From the NCBI GenBank assembly GCA_000004695.1, contig CM000150.2, forward strand, positions 1-64,000: 64,000 nt of DNA, written 5' to 3'. The notes below the pieces were generated by a model. It saw only the letters and a list, made by a program, of their open reading frames with translations. It was not told the DNA's origin and did not search any database. The position numbers and the translations under genes were made by a program. Origin of the DNA: Dictyostelium discoideum. Lineage: Eukaryota. Shown one piece after another: positions 10,036 to 22,545 of the stretch (position 1 is its first letter; the number at the start of each line of letters is the position of its first letter).

Positions 10036-12445
10036 TCTGACTCTAGCCAACGGAGATTGGGATCAATCATTCCCCATTCTCCAAGAGGTCAAGTCAGAGA
10101 TTTCACATTGGTTAACAGTTCTAAACCAATGGAATGGAAAAGAAATCAGTCTGTTTCCAAGTTACGACTATGTTCTTACAACCGATGCCTCGGAATCAGG
10201 TGCAGGTGCCACTCTCAAGAAAGGAAACAAGGTAATCAAAACTTGGTCATTCCAGAGGTCAATAACTCAATCAAACATGTCGTCAAATCGTCGAGAAATG
10301 CTCGCGCTGTTAATGGCTTATCAAGCGCTATGTCGGAAACTGAACAACTGCAAGCTGAAGATTCAAACCGACAACACTACCACTCTCTCATACATCAATC
10401 GCCAGGGTGGTCAAATACAAGATCTCTCAGTTCTGTTCGAACAACTTTGGAAACAATGCCTCAAGAAGAAAGTGAACTTGATTGGAGAGCATATTCCAGG
10501 ATTCTTCAATGTAAAAGCCGACCACCTCAGCCGTCTTTCAGAGATGAATCACAAATCATCGACCAGAGTAATCAAGAGTTACAACTGGCAACTGAAGAAG
10601 GAAGTGTTCAATCGCATACAACTTCAATTCGGTCAAATACAGATGGATCTGTTCGCATCTCACCTCAACCATCAAACGAACAACTATTCAACAATCAGAA
10701 TGAATGCACTCCACCTCGATTGGAGTCAATGGAAGCAATGTCTAGCCTTCCCACCACCCATTCTTTTGCCTTCTATCCTGGAGAAGATGAACTCATACAG
10801 TTCGAAGAAGGTTTCTATAATACTGATCTTCCCAATCTGGAGATCAGCAACTTGGTATCCGATGATTCAAGCACAAGTTCCTCGTCATCATCGTCACATG
10901 TTTCCTCAAGTACTGGGAACATTTCAAGAAGTATTGATCAAACAATCAGTAGAGTCGATACCAATCCAGATTCAACAACGTTGGAAACTGGGGATTATTC
11001 AACTTTCCAATCTCATGTAATGTCCTTCGCTCGTACAACAAATACAAAAACAGCTGAGCTGTTAATGAAGTCTTGGGAACCTTCCACTCTCAAAGTATAT
11101 AGCTCCAGTTATACAAGATTCCTCAATTTCTGTACTTTGAACTCTTTGAATCCAGCAAACATTACCTTAGTTGTTTTCATGGATTATCTTACACATCTTG
11201 TTCAAACACAAACCTCCGTAAGCCTTCTCAACAATTAATGGTCATCGCTCTATGTTGAATCAGTTGTTACTCCTTAGGAATCAAACTGATATTGTTAATG
11301 CTCCATTCATTACAAGAATTATGACTGGTATTCACAAATTGCGCCCTTCATCTGCAAAGTATAAAGAGATATGGGATGCAAATCAAGTATTCAAGCACTT
11401 ATCTACTATCAAAGTTATCCCTAAGTACACATACACTGCGCTATTAAACAAGACACTTGTACTCTGTAAAATGTTTGGTTTAGCAAGATCATCAGACTTG
11501 GTGAAGTGGTCGTTCAAAGGTCTCATTATTTCTCTTGACTCAATCAAAGGTCCAGTTATTAATGCTAAAGAACAAAGAATTGGTGTTGTTTCAATCTTAG
11601 AATTAACTTCGTTAGATGATACTAACTCTCAAGTATGCCCTGTTCGCCACCTTGCAACATACCTTAGAGCTTCTAAAGGAAGAAGAAAGCCCCATTCGGG
11701 TGACTCTGTCTTTATTAAGAATGAGGGTGAACCGCTCCAAGTTAATGATATTAACTCAATTGTACTATCAACACTCTCAAAGTCAGGTATTGATATTGCC
11801 AAGTTCAAATCTCACTCTACCCGTTCCGCTATGGCTTCTCTGCTGTTGTCCAATAACGTTCCGTTCCACTTTGTCAAGAAGATGGGTCGTTGGAAATCAA
11901 ACGATACTGTAGATACCTTCTACGATAAAAGAATCATTGGTGAAAAATCTGGGTTTCTTAAATACTGTCGTCCAAATTTCATAATATATATATATATATA
12001 TGATAATATAAATTAAAAATTTAATTTATTAAATTATATTTTATATTAAATATATATATATATATTAGTCCCATCCCACCAGCCCTTAGTCGGAATTCCA
12101 TAAATCAAATTGTTTTTAGTTTTCAGTGCCACTATTTATACGTTTTTATTTTCTTAAAAATTTCGCAAAACTCAAAAAAATAAGAGTTTTCGACCCTTCA
12201 CAACTTTGTGCATAGTGTCGGTTCGGAATTTTTCAGTTTTTCGACCTTGCGCAATGATCGCGTCATTGTGCCGATTCGAAATTTTTACTTTTCTTTTGAA
12301 AATTTTTTATTCTTCGAATGTTCTAGAACATTCTAAAAAATTATCTTAAATATTTGGGAAATTCAAATAAATAAATGTTATTCATAATATATATATATAT
12401 ATTTAATATAAAATATAATTTAATAAATTAAATTTTTAATTTAAA
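10036..12445 (+). mobile_element. DIRS-1 copy D: 3' part (mid-RT to right ITR), frameshifted
   Basis: Starts abruptly at the RT position (SQCLTLANGDWDQ). There is a frameshift near 11200 (THLVQTQTSVSLLNN*). A complete right ITR lies at 12017-12445. Confidence 0.85.
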
Positions 12446-14207
12446 TCATTTTCATCAAAAGAGTAACTATATAATTTAAAACATATAGTTACCAATTGTT
12501 CCATAATTAAAAAATCATCATTTGATATTTGCTTTTTAATTGATATTAAAAGGTAATATAATATTGATCTACTCTCTCTTCCTTTCCTTGTTTTATTTGC
12601 AAATAGTGAAATTGATGGTTTTGGTTTGTTATCTATTATTTTTGCATTTTTTAAATTATTTAAAAAATTTGCAATTTTATTTTTATATTTATCAAAAATG
12701 TAATATAAACATCTTTGTGCGACACCTAATAAAATATTATGTAATATGTCTGGTTGTGTTTTTAAATAATTAATGGACAAAGGTTCGACCCACCCTCTGC
12801 CCACACCTTTGATACCAATATCTTTTGCTTTTTTTTCCCATATTTTTTTTAATTCTATATCAGCATTTAATTCAGCATAATTTGGTTTGGTGGAGTGAAA
12901 ATTTGTAATATCTTCTTGTTTTGTTAATGTACCTGAATGGCAAATAAATAAACCATCTCTTGGTTTGTCACATGTGTGACATGCATATTCATTTGAATTA
13001 TGTCCATTAAGTTTACACGATGCTCTAAATTCTGGAATATCCATTGTCAGTCCAAACGGTATAACATCTATTTGTTCATTTTCAATAATTAAATTAAAGC
13101 CATTACCAAAAAAGATGAAAACAATGCCCTAATTGTTTGATGAAAATTAAGTAACCAATCATTTGGTACTTCAAATAATAATAATTTATTATTTTTAAAT
13201 TCATTTCCAATATAATTTTCTATATCCAGCATTATAGTATAATCTTTCTTGTTTTGACACTGCATACTATCAGTGAATATTCTAAGTAAAACAATTTTAT
13301 TTTTATTTTTATTTTTTAAATCTTTAAATTGTTGACCACTTTTATAATTTGTATAAATTCCAGTTTCAAAATCTGTATCAAAATCTTTTCTTTCAAAAAA
13401 TTGCTTTGATTATTTGTAATAATTTTACTTTGTTCATTTTTACATTTTTTGGTGTTGAAATGTCCATTTCCATGATAAAATTGTTTATAAGAACGGTAAT
13501 ATGCAAGACAAAATGGACATATATTTTTATGCATAATATAATGAATAAAAATATTTTTAAAATTCTTTAATTTTTCTCTGCAATTAATGCATGATATGTT
13601 ATTTAAATTCATTTTGTTTGCTGGGTGGAAATTAAAAATAATTTTTTTTTTTTTTTTTTTCATTTTATTCAAATTTTAGCAATATAGCATTAAAATAACA
13701 TAATATAAAACCCAAGGCAACTGAAACACTTATTTATGATTAATTAATAAAAATAATAATAATAGAATTCAATTGCCACTGAAACAAATGAATAAAGAAT
13801 TAAAATTAATTTGGTTATCTTTTTAGTTTTTTTTTTTTTAATTTTCTTAATTTTTTTTTTTTTTTTTTTTAATAAATTTGAAATAAATAGTGTAATAATT
13901 GATTTGAAATGCATTTAAAATGTATTTTAAAAAATGTAATTAATAAAAGCTTAAAAAAGATTATTAAGTAATTTTAAATTACATTAAAAATAACTTTTTT
14001 AAATTTATTATAAATTGATTAAAACATTAGTTAAAACGCTTTATAATAAATTTAAAATGTCATTTTTAATTTAATTTTAAATGACCTTAAAAATATTTTT
14101 AAAATTACCTTTTTAAAAAGCATCACTAAAGCCAATTTAAAGCAAATTTAAATTGAATTTGCTTTAAATTGGCTTTAAAAATGCATTTTTCTTCGCTTTG
14201 TAACGTA
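12438..14207 (-). mobile_element. Element X copy (i): 5' portion in minus orientation, truncated by the DIRS ITR
   Basis: Minus ORFs 13316..13672 (zinc-finger-like N-terminus CINCREKLKNFKNIFIHYIMHKNICPFC) and 12436..13044 (MDIPEFRASC...CHTCDKPRDG...PDILHNILLG) are homologous to the 719-aa ORF at 39890. A TIR-like end caaagcgaagaaaaatgcatttttaaagcc lies at 14160-14207 on the - strand. Confidence 0.6.
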
Positions 14208-14589
14208 AAAATTAGCATTTTAATCTCTTTAAAAGCGAGGTCCGGATTTCGAAGCCGTTATTTAACGGATAAATATTTTAAATTTTTTTTTTGAATTTTT
14301 GTAAACTATATTAGGAATAAAAATGAAAATAAAAATAAAAAAAAAATATTCTAAAAGAATTACAAACCTTTTTAAATGGCAATGTTCTTTTTTTTTATTG
14401 GCAATGGTTTATATATATATATTTTTTTTTTTTAGATTTTCTAGATTTTCTAGATTTTACATATTATTCTTTATTGGACCTTTCTGTGAATAATTGAATT
14501 AATTATGAACAAAAAAAGTTATTTTTAAAAAGATAGAGTTACCCCGATCAATCTTTTCACGAATAATTTTTCATTTTTCATATTATTTT

Positions 14590-14900
14590 TTTTTTAAATT
14601 TTTTTCATTTATTCACAATTAAAATAAAAAATATAATAAATAAATAAATAAAATAAATAGTATGATTGACAAAAAAATCAAAAATACCGGGACTCAAATA
14701 AAGGATTTATTTTTTATATGTAGTTTTTTTTTTTTTAAGTTCTTTTTTTTTTCAAGTTCATTTTATTTTTATATTTTGTTTATTTCTCTATAAATACAAC
14801 CAAATTTAAATATACGATAGGTCTTAACAAATATTGTTTAATATTATTTAAAATTTTTGTTTTAAATAATGTGTTTTATTAAAAAAAAAAAAAAAAAAAA
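14590..14900 (+). repeat. Oligo(A)-terminated dispersed repeat (non-LTR retrotransposon 3'-end-like)
   Basis: ...cgataggtcttaacaaatattgtttaatattat.taaaatttttgttttaaataatg.gttttatt(A)21. A second copy lies at 35588-35775. Confidence 0.4.
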
Positions 14901-15213
14901 CATATGAAAAGTGAAAAATTTTTCAAAAAAAAATAAACTTTTCGAAATAACTGAATTTATTCCGGGATAACTCGATCTTTTTCAAAATAACTTTATATAG
15001 AATTAATTCAATTATCCACTGATAGGTCCATTTTAATAATGAATTAATTCTAATTTTTTTTTTTTTTTTATAATTATTATTCGTATTTCTATAATTAAAA
15101 ACATGAATTTTATTATTCTTATTATATAATTAATTTTTTAATGATTTCATATTTGATTTTTGTTATTAATACTGTTTAATTTTATACGACTTGAATGAAA
15201 AGTGTTTTGTGAA

Positions 15214-17011
15214 TTATAAATTTTTTTTTTTTATTTTAATTTTTTTCAATTTTTTAAAATATATTTTTTTTTTTTTTTGGCTAATAATTCCTTTCTTGAA
15301 AATTTTAACTTTTTTTGGTTTTTGAGGGGAGTCATGTTTTAGGGATCTTAGGATGATCTGTTTGTTATGTTGAATTTTGATTGGAGACAACATGGGTACA
15401 ATGACATTATCTGGATGGTTTGAAAGTGTTTGAGTGACAATTGCTGGTGTATTTGATGGTTTCTGAGTGGCAATTGCTGGTGGATTTGATGGTGCTTGAA
15501 TAACAATGGTTGGTGTATATGATGGTGCTCGAGTAACAATGAATGGTGGATTTGATGGTGCTATGGTAACAATGGTTGGTGAATTTGATGGTGTTTGAGA
15601 GACAATATCTGGTGGATTTAAAGTCTGAACAAAAGATGATGATGTTTTTGAAGTTGGTGGTTGTTGCAAAGCATTTGTCAAATGATGAATATTGGATATA
15701 TGTTCAATAGATGACACAAGTTGACGAGCAACATTCAAAGAAGGATTACAGGTAACAGATTTTTAAATAACATATTGGGGTATAGTAAGTAAACCTAATT
15801 CTTTCCTTAATTGGTTAATTAATGTTGGAGATGTCACATTACCATCCATCAATTTCAAACATTCATGTTTTAATTTTTCATTTTTAAAGGTATGGAAACA
15901 AGGATTTGCTTCATTAGGTAAATTATTATTCAATACATTAATTTTGGAAAAAAAGTCTAAAACTTTTAAAGGATCATCTTGAATCGCGATTGCATTAAAA
16001 TTGTAATTATTAAGATCATACCCAATTTTCTTTGTAAAAGAAAATAATATCTCAACAACTTTTCTATGGTTTGATAGGTGCAAATTTGATGTAAAAGAAG
16101 TTAAATCGTTTGAATCATTTGAATCGTTTGAATCATTTAAATCATTGTACTGTGGTTTAAAATCATGGATTCTTTCCTTTGCTTGATTATAATGAACTAA
16201 TTTATTTGGTCCAATACATATCGGTTTTTTGTTTGTTATTACACAGCGAAGAAAAAACCACCTTTAAATTCGCTTTAAATTAAATTTAAATTTGCTTTAA
16301 AGTCCTGAATTAAAGCAATTTTAAAGGTAATTTTAAGGTAATTTTTAAGGTTACTTTAAAATCACCTTAAAAATTACCTTTAAAATTACCTTTAAAATTA
16401 CCTTTTTAATGGCTTTAAAAGCGAGGTCCTGAGTTCGAAGCCGTTATTTAACGGATAAATTTTTTAAAATTTTTTTTTTAATTTTTCAAAAATTACCAAA
16501 AGGGATTCGATCCCCCGACCCTCTATCAAAGGGTAGTCTCATCAACCATTACACCATTTGATTGCTTTGATGAAAAATTTAAAAATGATAGAATATTTTA
16601 TCCCCATTTTTTTTTTCTAAAATTAGATCTTTTTTATTAAAAACCTTAAATTTATGTTTAAAGGAAATTTAAATTCACTTTAAATCTACTTTAAATATAC
16701 TTTAAATCCTATTTAAAATTAATTTAAAATAAATTTTAAAGGTATTTTTAAATATCTTAAAAATTATCTTAAAAATTACCTTAAAAATTACCTTTAAAAT
16801 CACCTTTAAAATCACCTTTAAAATTGCTTAAAAATTTATTTTAAAGCAAATTTTAAAGGCATTTTTAAATATCTTAAAAATTACCTTAAAAATTACCTTA
16901 AAAATGAATTTTTTAAACGCGGCTTTAAATTCAATTTAAATCCAATTTAAATCAACTTTTCTTTAAATTTGCTTTAAAGGTGCATTTTTCTTTGCTGTGT
17001 AATAACATCCT
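15214..17011 (-). pseudogene. Host-like ORF (about 340 codons) with Pro/Thr-rich 12-aa repeats, split by a MITE 3 codons after its putative ATG and carrying one in-frame TAA
   Basis: ORFs 15763..16083 and 15214..15738 share one frame and are separated by a single TAA. The frame stays open upstream to atgttatta at 17003-17011 (- strand), which is split by the MITE at 16242-16999. C-terminal repeats APSNPPxIVT occur five times. Confidence 0.4.
16242..16999. mobile_element. MITE (758 bp), complete, TIR CACAGCGAAGAAAAAACCACCTTTAAA.../...CTTTAAAGGTGCATTTTTCTTTGCTGTG, flanked by TA
   Basis: TIRs read directly. Flanks are gttatTA|...|TAataaca. The core holds a tRNA-like segment and a GAGTTCGAAGCC box. 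Confidence 0.8.
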
Positions 17012-17927
17012 CTAGAAATTGTATCCTATAGGTTTTTTATTGTTTTGATCATCATTATGTATTTCAATAATCTTGTTCTTTACCAATGTTTTCTTTTTAT
17101 TTAATGTTTCTAATAAAAACCTGTATCACCAATTTTAAATTGTTTTTTTGTTGATTTTGATGACCAATTGTTATTATATTTTTCAATATTTTTAAGAATA
17201 ATTTCTTGTCTTTGTTTATATGATATATCTGGTATACTAACTAACATTTTTCTCCTATATTTACATGAAATCCATTATCTAATGTAGCTGTTTGAAATAA
17301 TAATAATAACTGCATTTGCATTATTTGACCCTTCAATTATTATTGTTAAAATTTCGATTTTACAAAATTATAATTTAAATGTTAGAGTAAGTTTTTTTTT
17401 TAAAAAAAAAAAAAATAATAATAATTAATATAAATAACAAAAAAAAAAAAAAAAAAAGAAATAATAAAAAGTTATCTAATTTTCATTTTTTATTTTTTTT
17501 TATAATTTCAAAAAAAAAAAAAAAGAGATGGGAAACAATTTATAAAAAATCTTTTTTATAAATTTTAAGAGTACTCTTCCTTATGAAAAAGTAGTCCAAT
17601 ACCACGCCAAAAACCTAGCAGCTGCTCAAAGGCTACAAACCGCCCAGCAAGTCAACCTCCATACCACCAAAAGACTATTTGAAGATACTGACGATCTCAC
17701 TCAATCCCTCAAGCAAACATTAACAAAGAAGCGTAAGGAGCTAGACCAAGCACTCAACCACACCCAAAAAGAACTACAGGAGCCAAGAAAATCACATGAT
17801 AGTACGCAGAAAATGGCACAAAAGATCACTTAGAGCTGTACTCTTAATGAAGAACTCGCCAAAGAGCTCCTTAACTAAACCAAGCACAATAAAGATACCA
17901 TCGAAAGGATTATACCCGCTAGGCTAG

Positions 17928-18299
17928 ATGCCCCAGCAACGCCTCAAAGAGGTTACTCAACAAATAAAACACGCACAAGCAAAACAGATCGACGTAACAA
18001 AGGGAATTCAAGAACGATCCCAGCAAATAAAACAGCTTCAAGCCCAAATTGATGGAATAAACAAGCAATACCAGCCTTCTAGTCAAACTAGGCCGCTAGA
18101 AGAAGTGGAGCGTGAGCAGCAAGCACTTGAAGCGAAACTACAGCAACTCCTCAACGATTTTAGGAAAAAAAAAACACAGCTTGAGCAAGCCCAGAACCTA
18201 GCTCAAAAGGCCCAAGCAGATTTAGGGCAAGAAATAGCGCAAGAAAAAGCCAAACAAGATCAATTGGAGGCGACACAAAGAGCTAAAGGAACGCATTGA
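17928..18299 (+). pseudogene. Coiled-coil-like ORF fragment (Q/E/K/L-rich heptads) in island I1
   Basis: ...QIKQLQAQIDGINKQYQ...EREQQALEAKLQQLLNDFRKKKTQLEQAQNLAQKAQADLGQEIAQEKAKQDQLEATQRAKG. Surrounding frames are broken. Confidence 0.3.
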
Positions 18300-18751
18300 A
18301 GAAGGTAAAGTACTCAATGAGCAGGAACAAGAAGCTTGATTGATCAACAGCGCACCCCCAGCTGTTCATAGATCTCAAAGCGCCCGAAGTACCGCATTGA
18401 CTGAAAAAAAGAAAAGCTCTCTTGTATCGAAGAAAAGACGATCCGAGGCAGCTAGCCCATATGCGGCAACAGCAGCACCTTAACCTCAAAGAGAGGATGA
18501 TCGTGCTTCAAAATGCACAAACCATGCGTGAGCAAGCAGCTAGAAGAAAGGTAGAGTTTACTAACTCTAACGCTTCTTGCTGTAAAACAAGAAGTACACC
18601 AATCGCAGCAAACATGAGAGCAAGAAAACAAACGCATCATCGAAGAGAATGTTCAGGGTATAGCAGCGCTCACCAAAGAGCCCCACCAGGATAAAGAAAG
18701 GGAGAGCAGAAGAGACCAAGAAGATGTAAAAAATACAAAGAGAAAACAGGA

Positions 18752-19077
18752 GTGGGAAAACAGGGCATGGTATGTAAATTATGGGATTGGGTCAAAAAAA
18801 ATCCCATTACCGCAACTATTGTAGGGATTCTGGCTGTGGATGCATTGGTGTGTCTGGTTTCTTATGTGGTCCTACCATTATTAAAAAGCAGCATCGCGTC
18901 AACAGGAGCTGGTGGCTTTTTTGGTGGTTGTTTTCAACAAAACCCGGCTTATCTGTCTTTGGCTCATTTGCTGGTGGATGGTTAAACAATAATCTACAAC
19001 GGATTAATAATTGGGGCAATGGAAAAGGCTGGAAAACAAATGATGAGCTAAAAGCACCTTCCAAAAAAGAATTTTAG
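18752..19077 (+). pseudogene. Frameshifted ORF pair encoding two hydrophobic lobes (ITATIVGILAVDALVCLVSYVVLPLL and GLSVFGSFAGGWL)
   Basis: ORFs 18752..18985 and 18781..19077 overlap in two frames. The bilobed hydrophobic arrangement resembles membrane-insertion motifs of intracellular-bacterial proteins (speculative). Confidence 0.25.
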
Positions 19078-20254
19078 CATCTAAAAACCAACTTGGATAG
19101 GAACTCCAAGGGATACAACGTGATCTGCAAGAGGCGAAAAGAAAGTACATAGAGGAACGTGAAAAGGAAGCAGAAAAACCTGAGCAGGAGCAGGAAGAAG
19201 TTTCAGGGTAATAGTTAAACATCCTCGCTCAGCAATTCAATGCTTCTTCTGTGCAGCATGAGCCAATGTAAAACGTGACTAATCTGACCAAGCAGACACA
19301 GGAATTGCTAAAACAATGGGATACAAATAGGATGACCCTTCTCTATTCATGCAAAGCAGTGTTTTGCTAGATCAGATGGATCAGCAGATAGCGCAAGTGG
19401 AGGAAGCTAAAGAAGAGGTGTGCTACTTAAGAAGCAACCTGTCTTATCTGGTGAATTTAAAGGGAATTTACCAACTCAGAAAAGCGGCCCCGCAATCTTA
19501 ACTCGATACACTCATACAAGCCAAAGAGCAGCTATATCAAAGATCATTCGAGATACGCAACAAGAAGCCATGGTATTTGAGCAAGACTTTGAAAAAATAA
19601 CAAAGAAGCTCCATGATTTCTTATCCAGTCATGAGTACGTCCAAGAAGAATTTAAACCAACTACAACTGAGCAGCATGAACCTATCCTCACTAGACCTAC
19701 CATCGACTTGACAAACTCCCTCTCCCTAAGGCTTTAGAAGAATCAATTATGCTGCTTGCCGAAAAGATGAGCTATAATGGTTTAAAATTGGATTTTAAAC
19801 AAGCCAAGCAAGCACTAGAGAAAGATCATACTAATGTAGATTTAAAAGCCTTTAATAGGACTAAAATGGAGTTTAGCAATCATCCTCTACATCAAAAAAC
19901 CATTGAAATTGGTATGCAGAGGCAGGTTGTAAAGCTATCACCGGTTGCATTGGATTTATAGCGCAGGGTGTTAAAGTGGTAAAGGGGGCGAAGACGGAAT
20001 TTAAAACTTTGGCTGAACTAGGATTAAAAGATGGAATAAAAATTTCATATAACAGAGCTTTAGAATTAGGCGAATAATTTTTAGGAAATGATATAAAGAA
20101 TTAGTTCTTGGTAGCGGCAGATATATCTCTGTAGATGGTAAAAGAGCTTTTAAAAAGGGAACTAATGATATTATAGGCACTCGCATCAACTTAGAAACAT
20201 TAACTCTAAATCCTATAAAGAAGGGGAAAATGATGGTTGATCATAATTATTATT

Positions 20255-20261
20255 TTAAATT

Positions 20262-20299
<38 letters not shown>

Positions 20300-20551
20300 G
20301 AATAACATTTATTTATTTGAATTTCCCAAATATTTAAGATAATTTTTTAGAATGTTTCTAGAACATTCGAAGAATAAAAAATTTTCGAAAGAAAAGTAAA
20401 AATTTCGAACCGGCACAATGACGCGATCATTGCGCAAGGTCGAAAAACATAAAAAATCCGAACCGACACAATGCAGGAAAATTGTGAAGGGTCGAAAACA
20501 CTTATTTTTTTGAGTTTTGCGAAATTTTTAAGAAAATAAAAAAGTATTCAG
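20255..20551 (+). repeat. Partial DIRS-1 left ITR (variant subfamily aaaaacataaaaaatccg), inner end truncated
   Basis: Matches the ITR from its outer terminus to ...gcgaaatttttaagaaaataaaaa, then switches to element X sequence. Confidence 0.75.
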
Positions 20552-21644
20552 AACAAAAAAATCGGCATTACAGATTATGACAGATCTTGGGTAGAAAAGT
20601 TAAAAATAAATTATTTGTACTTACAACCTGATATTTTACATAACATATTATTGGGTATTGTACAATGGGTTTTAAATTATGTTTTCAAAAAATATAAGGA
20701 TCAATTTACAATTTTTATAGAAAAATTAAAAGAAGCTAAAATTGGGGTGCACCAAAATTTACATCAGCAGAGAGATTTGAAGCACAATTTAGTAAAATTA
20801 AATACCTTTTGACAAACAATACAAACAACCAAGATCAACATAAATTTGTAAGAGTTTCAAAAATATTAATGGCAACATTTTTAGATAATTTTAACAATCT
20901 AAAAGAAAAAGATGATGACAATGATGATTTAATTTTAGGGCAAATAATTAAAAAAAATGAAAATATTTATTTAAAAAATAATATTTTATCAGACATTAAC
21001 TTTCATTACAAAAACATAGAAAATATTCAATTTTATAAATCAATTAAAAATTTAAAAGAAATATATAATGTTGGTGATGGAATTGAAGTTGCCTCAGAAA
21101 ATTCATTAACTGGAAGATGTAGTGCAATAATTATCGCTATTTGTTTAATAGAATTAAAAAATAATAAAAGTGCACATTCAATTTATATACAATACTTTGA
21201 TAAAGATACAGGTGATCAAAATAATAAGCATTTCAAGTATAGTATTTGATAACATAGTAAACACATTAATACCAATACAAATCGATTCGTCCAACTATCT
21301 TATAATTTATAAGTGCCATGACCAATTTTCAATAAGTAAAAAAAAAAATGAAAAAATTTCGTCGAACTTATTTACAAAACTTTTACATTTTTACTTAACT
21401 TTTTGTTTTTTTTTTTATTCCAATTTTCTTTTTTTTTCGGTTGGGAATTATAGGATTTTAAAAAAAAATTTATAAAATATATAAAAAAAATGACTCTCAA
21501 TAATTCTGCATCTTTTGAAACACCAAATAGAAGTGGTAATTATGTAAATAGATCATATATAACTTCACAAACATCACCAATAACACCAATACCATCTCTT
21601 ATTTTAAATCAAACTGATAACTCCATAGATCCACAACGTACTGT

Positions 21645-22423
21645 CACAGCGAAGAAAAAACCATCTTTAAAGCATATTAAAATTTAATTTAAAGCGAATT
21701 TAAAGTCCTGAATTAAAGCAATTTTTAAAGTAATTTTAAAGGTAATTTTTAAGTTTACTTTAAAATCACCTTAAAAATTACCTTTAAAATTACCTTAAAA
21801 ATTAACTTTTTAATCGCTTTAAAAGCGAGGTCCAGAGTTCGAAGCCGTTATTTAACGGATAAATTTTTAAAATTTTTTTTGAATATTTTGAAAAATTACC
21901 AAAAGGGATTCGATCCCCCGACCCTTTATTAAAGGGTAATCTCATCAACCATTAAACTATTTGATTGCTTTGATGAAAATTTAAATATGATAGAATATTT
22001 TATCCCCATTTTTTTGATCTAAAATTAGATGTTTTTTTATTAAAAACCTAAAATTTATATTTAAAGGAAATTTAAATTCACTTTAAATCTACTTTAAATC
22101 TACTTTAAATTCTATTTAAAATTAATTTAAATTCTATTTATAATTAATTTAAAATAAATTTTAAAGGCATTTTTAAATATCTTAAAAATTATCTTAAAAA
22201 TTACCTTTAAAATCACCTTTAAAATTACCTTAAAAATCACCTTAAAAATTGCTTAAAAATTTAATTTAAAGCAAATTTTAAAGGCATTTTTAAATATCTT
22301 AAAAATTACCTTAAAAATTACCTTAAAAATGAGTTTTTTAAACGCGGCTTTAAATTCAACTTAAATCCAATTTAAATCAACTTTGCTTTAAATTTGCTTT
22401 AAAGGTGGATTTTTCTTCGCTGT
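21645..22423. mobile_element. MITE (779 bp), complete, inserted in an element X exon, flanked by GT
   Basis: cgtactGT[CACAGCGAAG...CTTCGCTGTG]GTaagaagac, against the uninterrupted cgtactgttagaagac at 42340. Confidence 0.85.
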
Positions 22424-22545
22424 GGTAAGAAGACAACAAAGACCTCAAAGACCAAATGCAATTCATCCACCAACAACAAATATTATAGAAAAAATATTGG
22501 TGTATGAAACATTGCACAGAAATTGTGTTTCTCAATACTATGCAA

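Larger units (their letters stand above)
17570..20250 (+). other. Higher-G+C island I1 with decayed, frameshifted coiled-coil and hydrophobic ORFs; foreign-looking
   Basis: Base composition is visibly different from the flanks (roughly 40-45% G+C against under 25%). The + strand ORFs 17928..18299, 18422..18694, 18752..18985, 18781..19077, 19420..19737 and 19749..19961 sit in different frames. Confidence 0.5.

Noticed and set aside
13349-13570. Plus-strand 73-aa ORF
   Set aside because: Antisense to the element X zinc-finger exon. AT-rich artefact.
15348-15539. His/Gln-rich minus-strand ORF
   Set aside because: An alternate frame of the Pro/Thr-repeat region of the host-like ORF.
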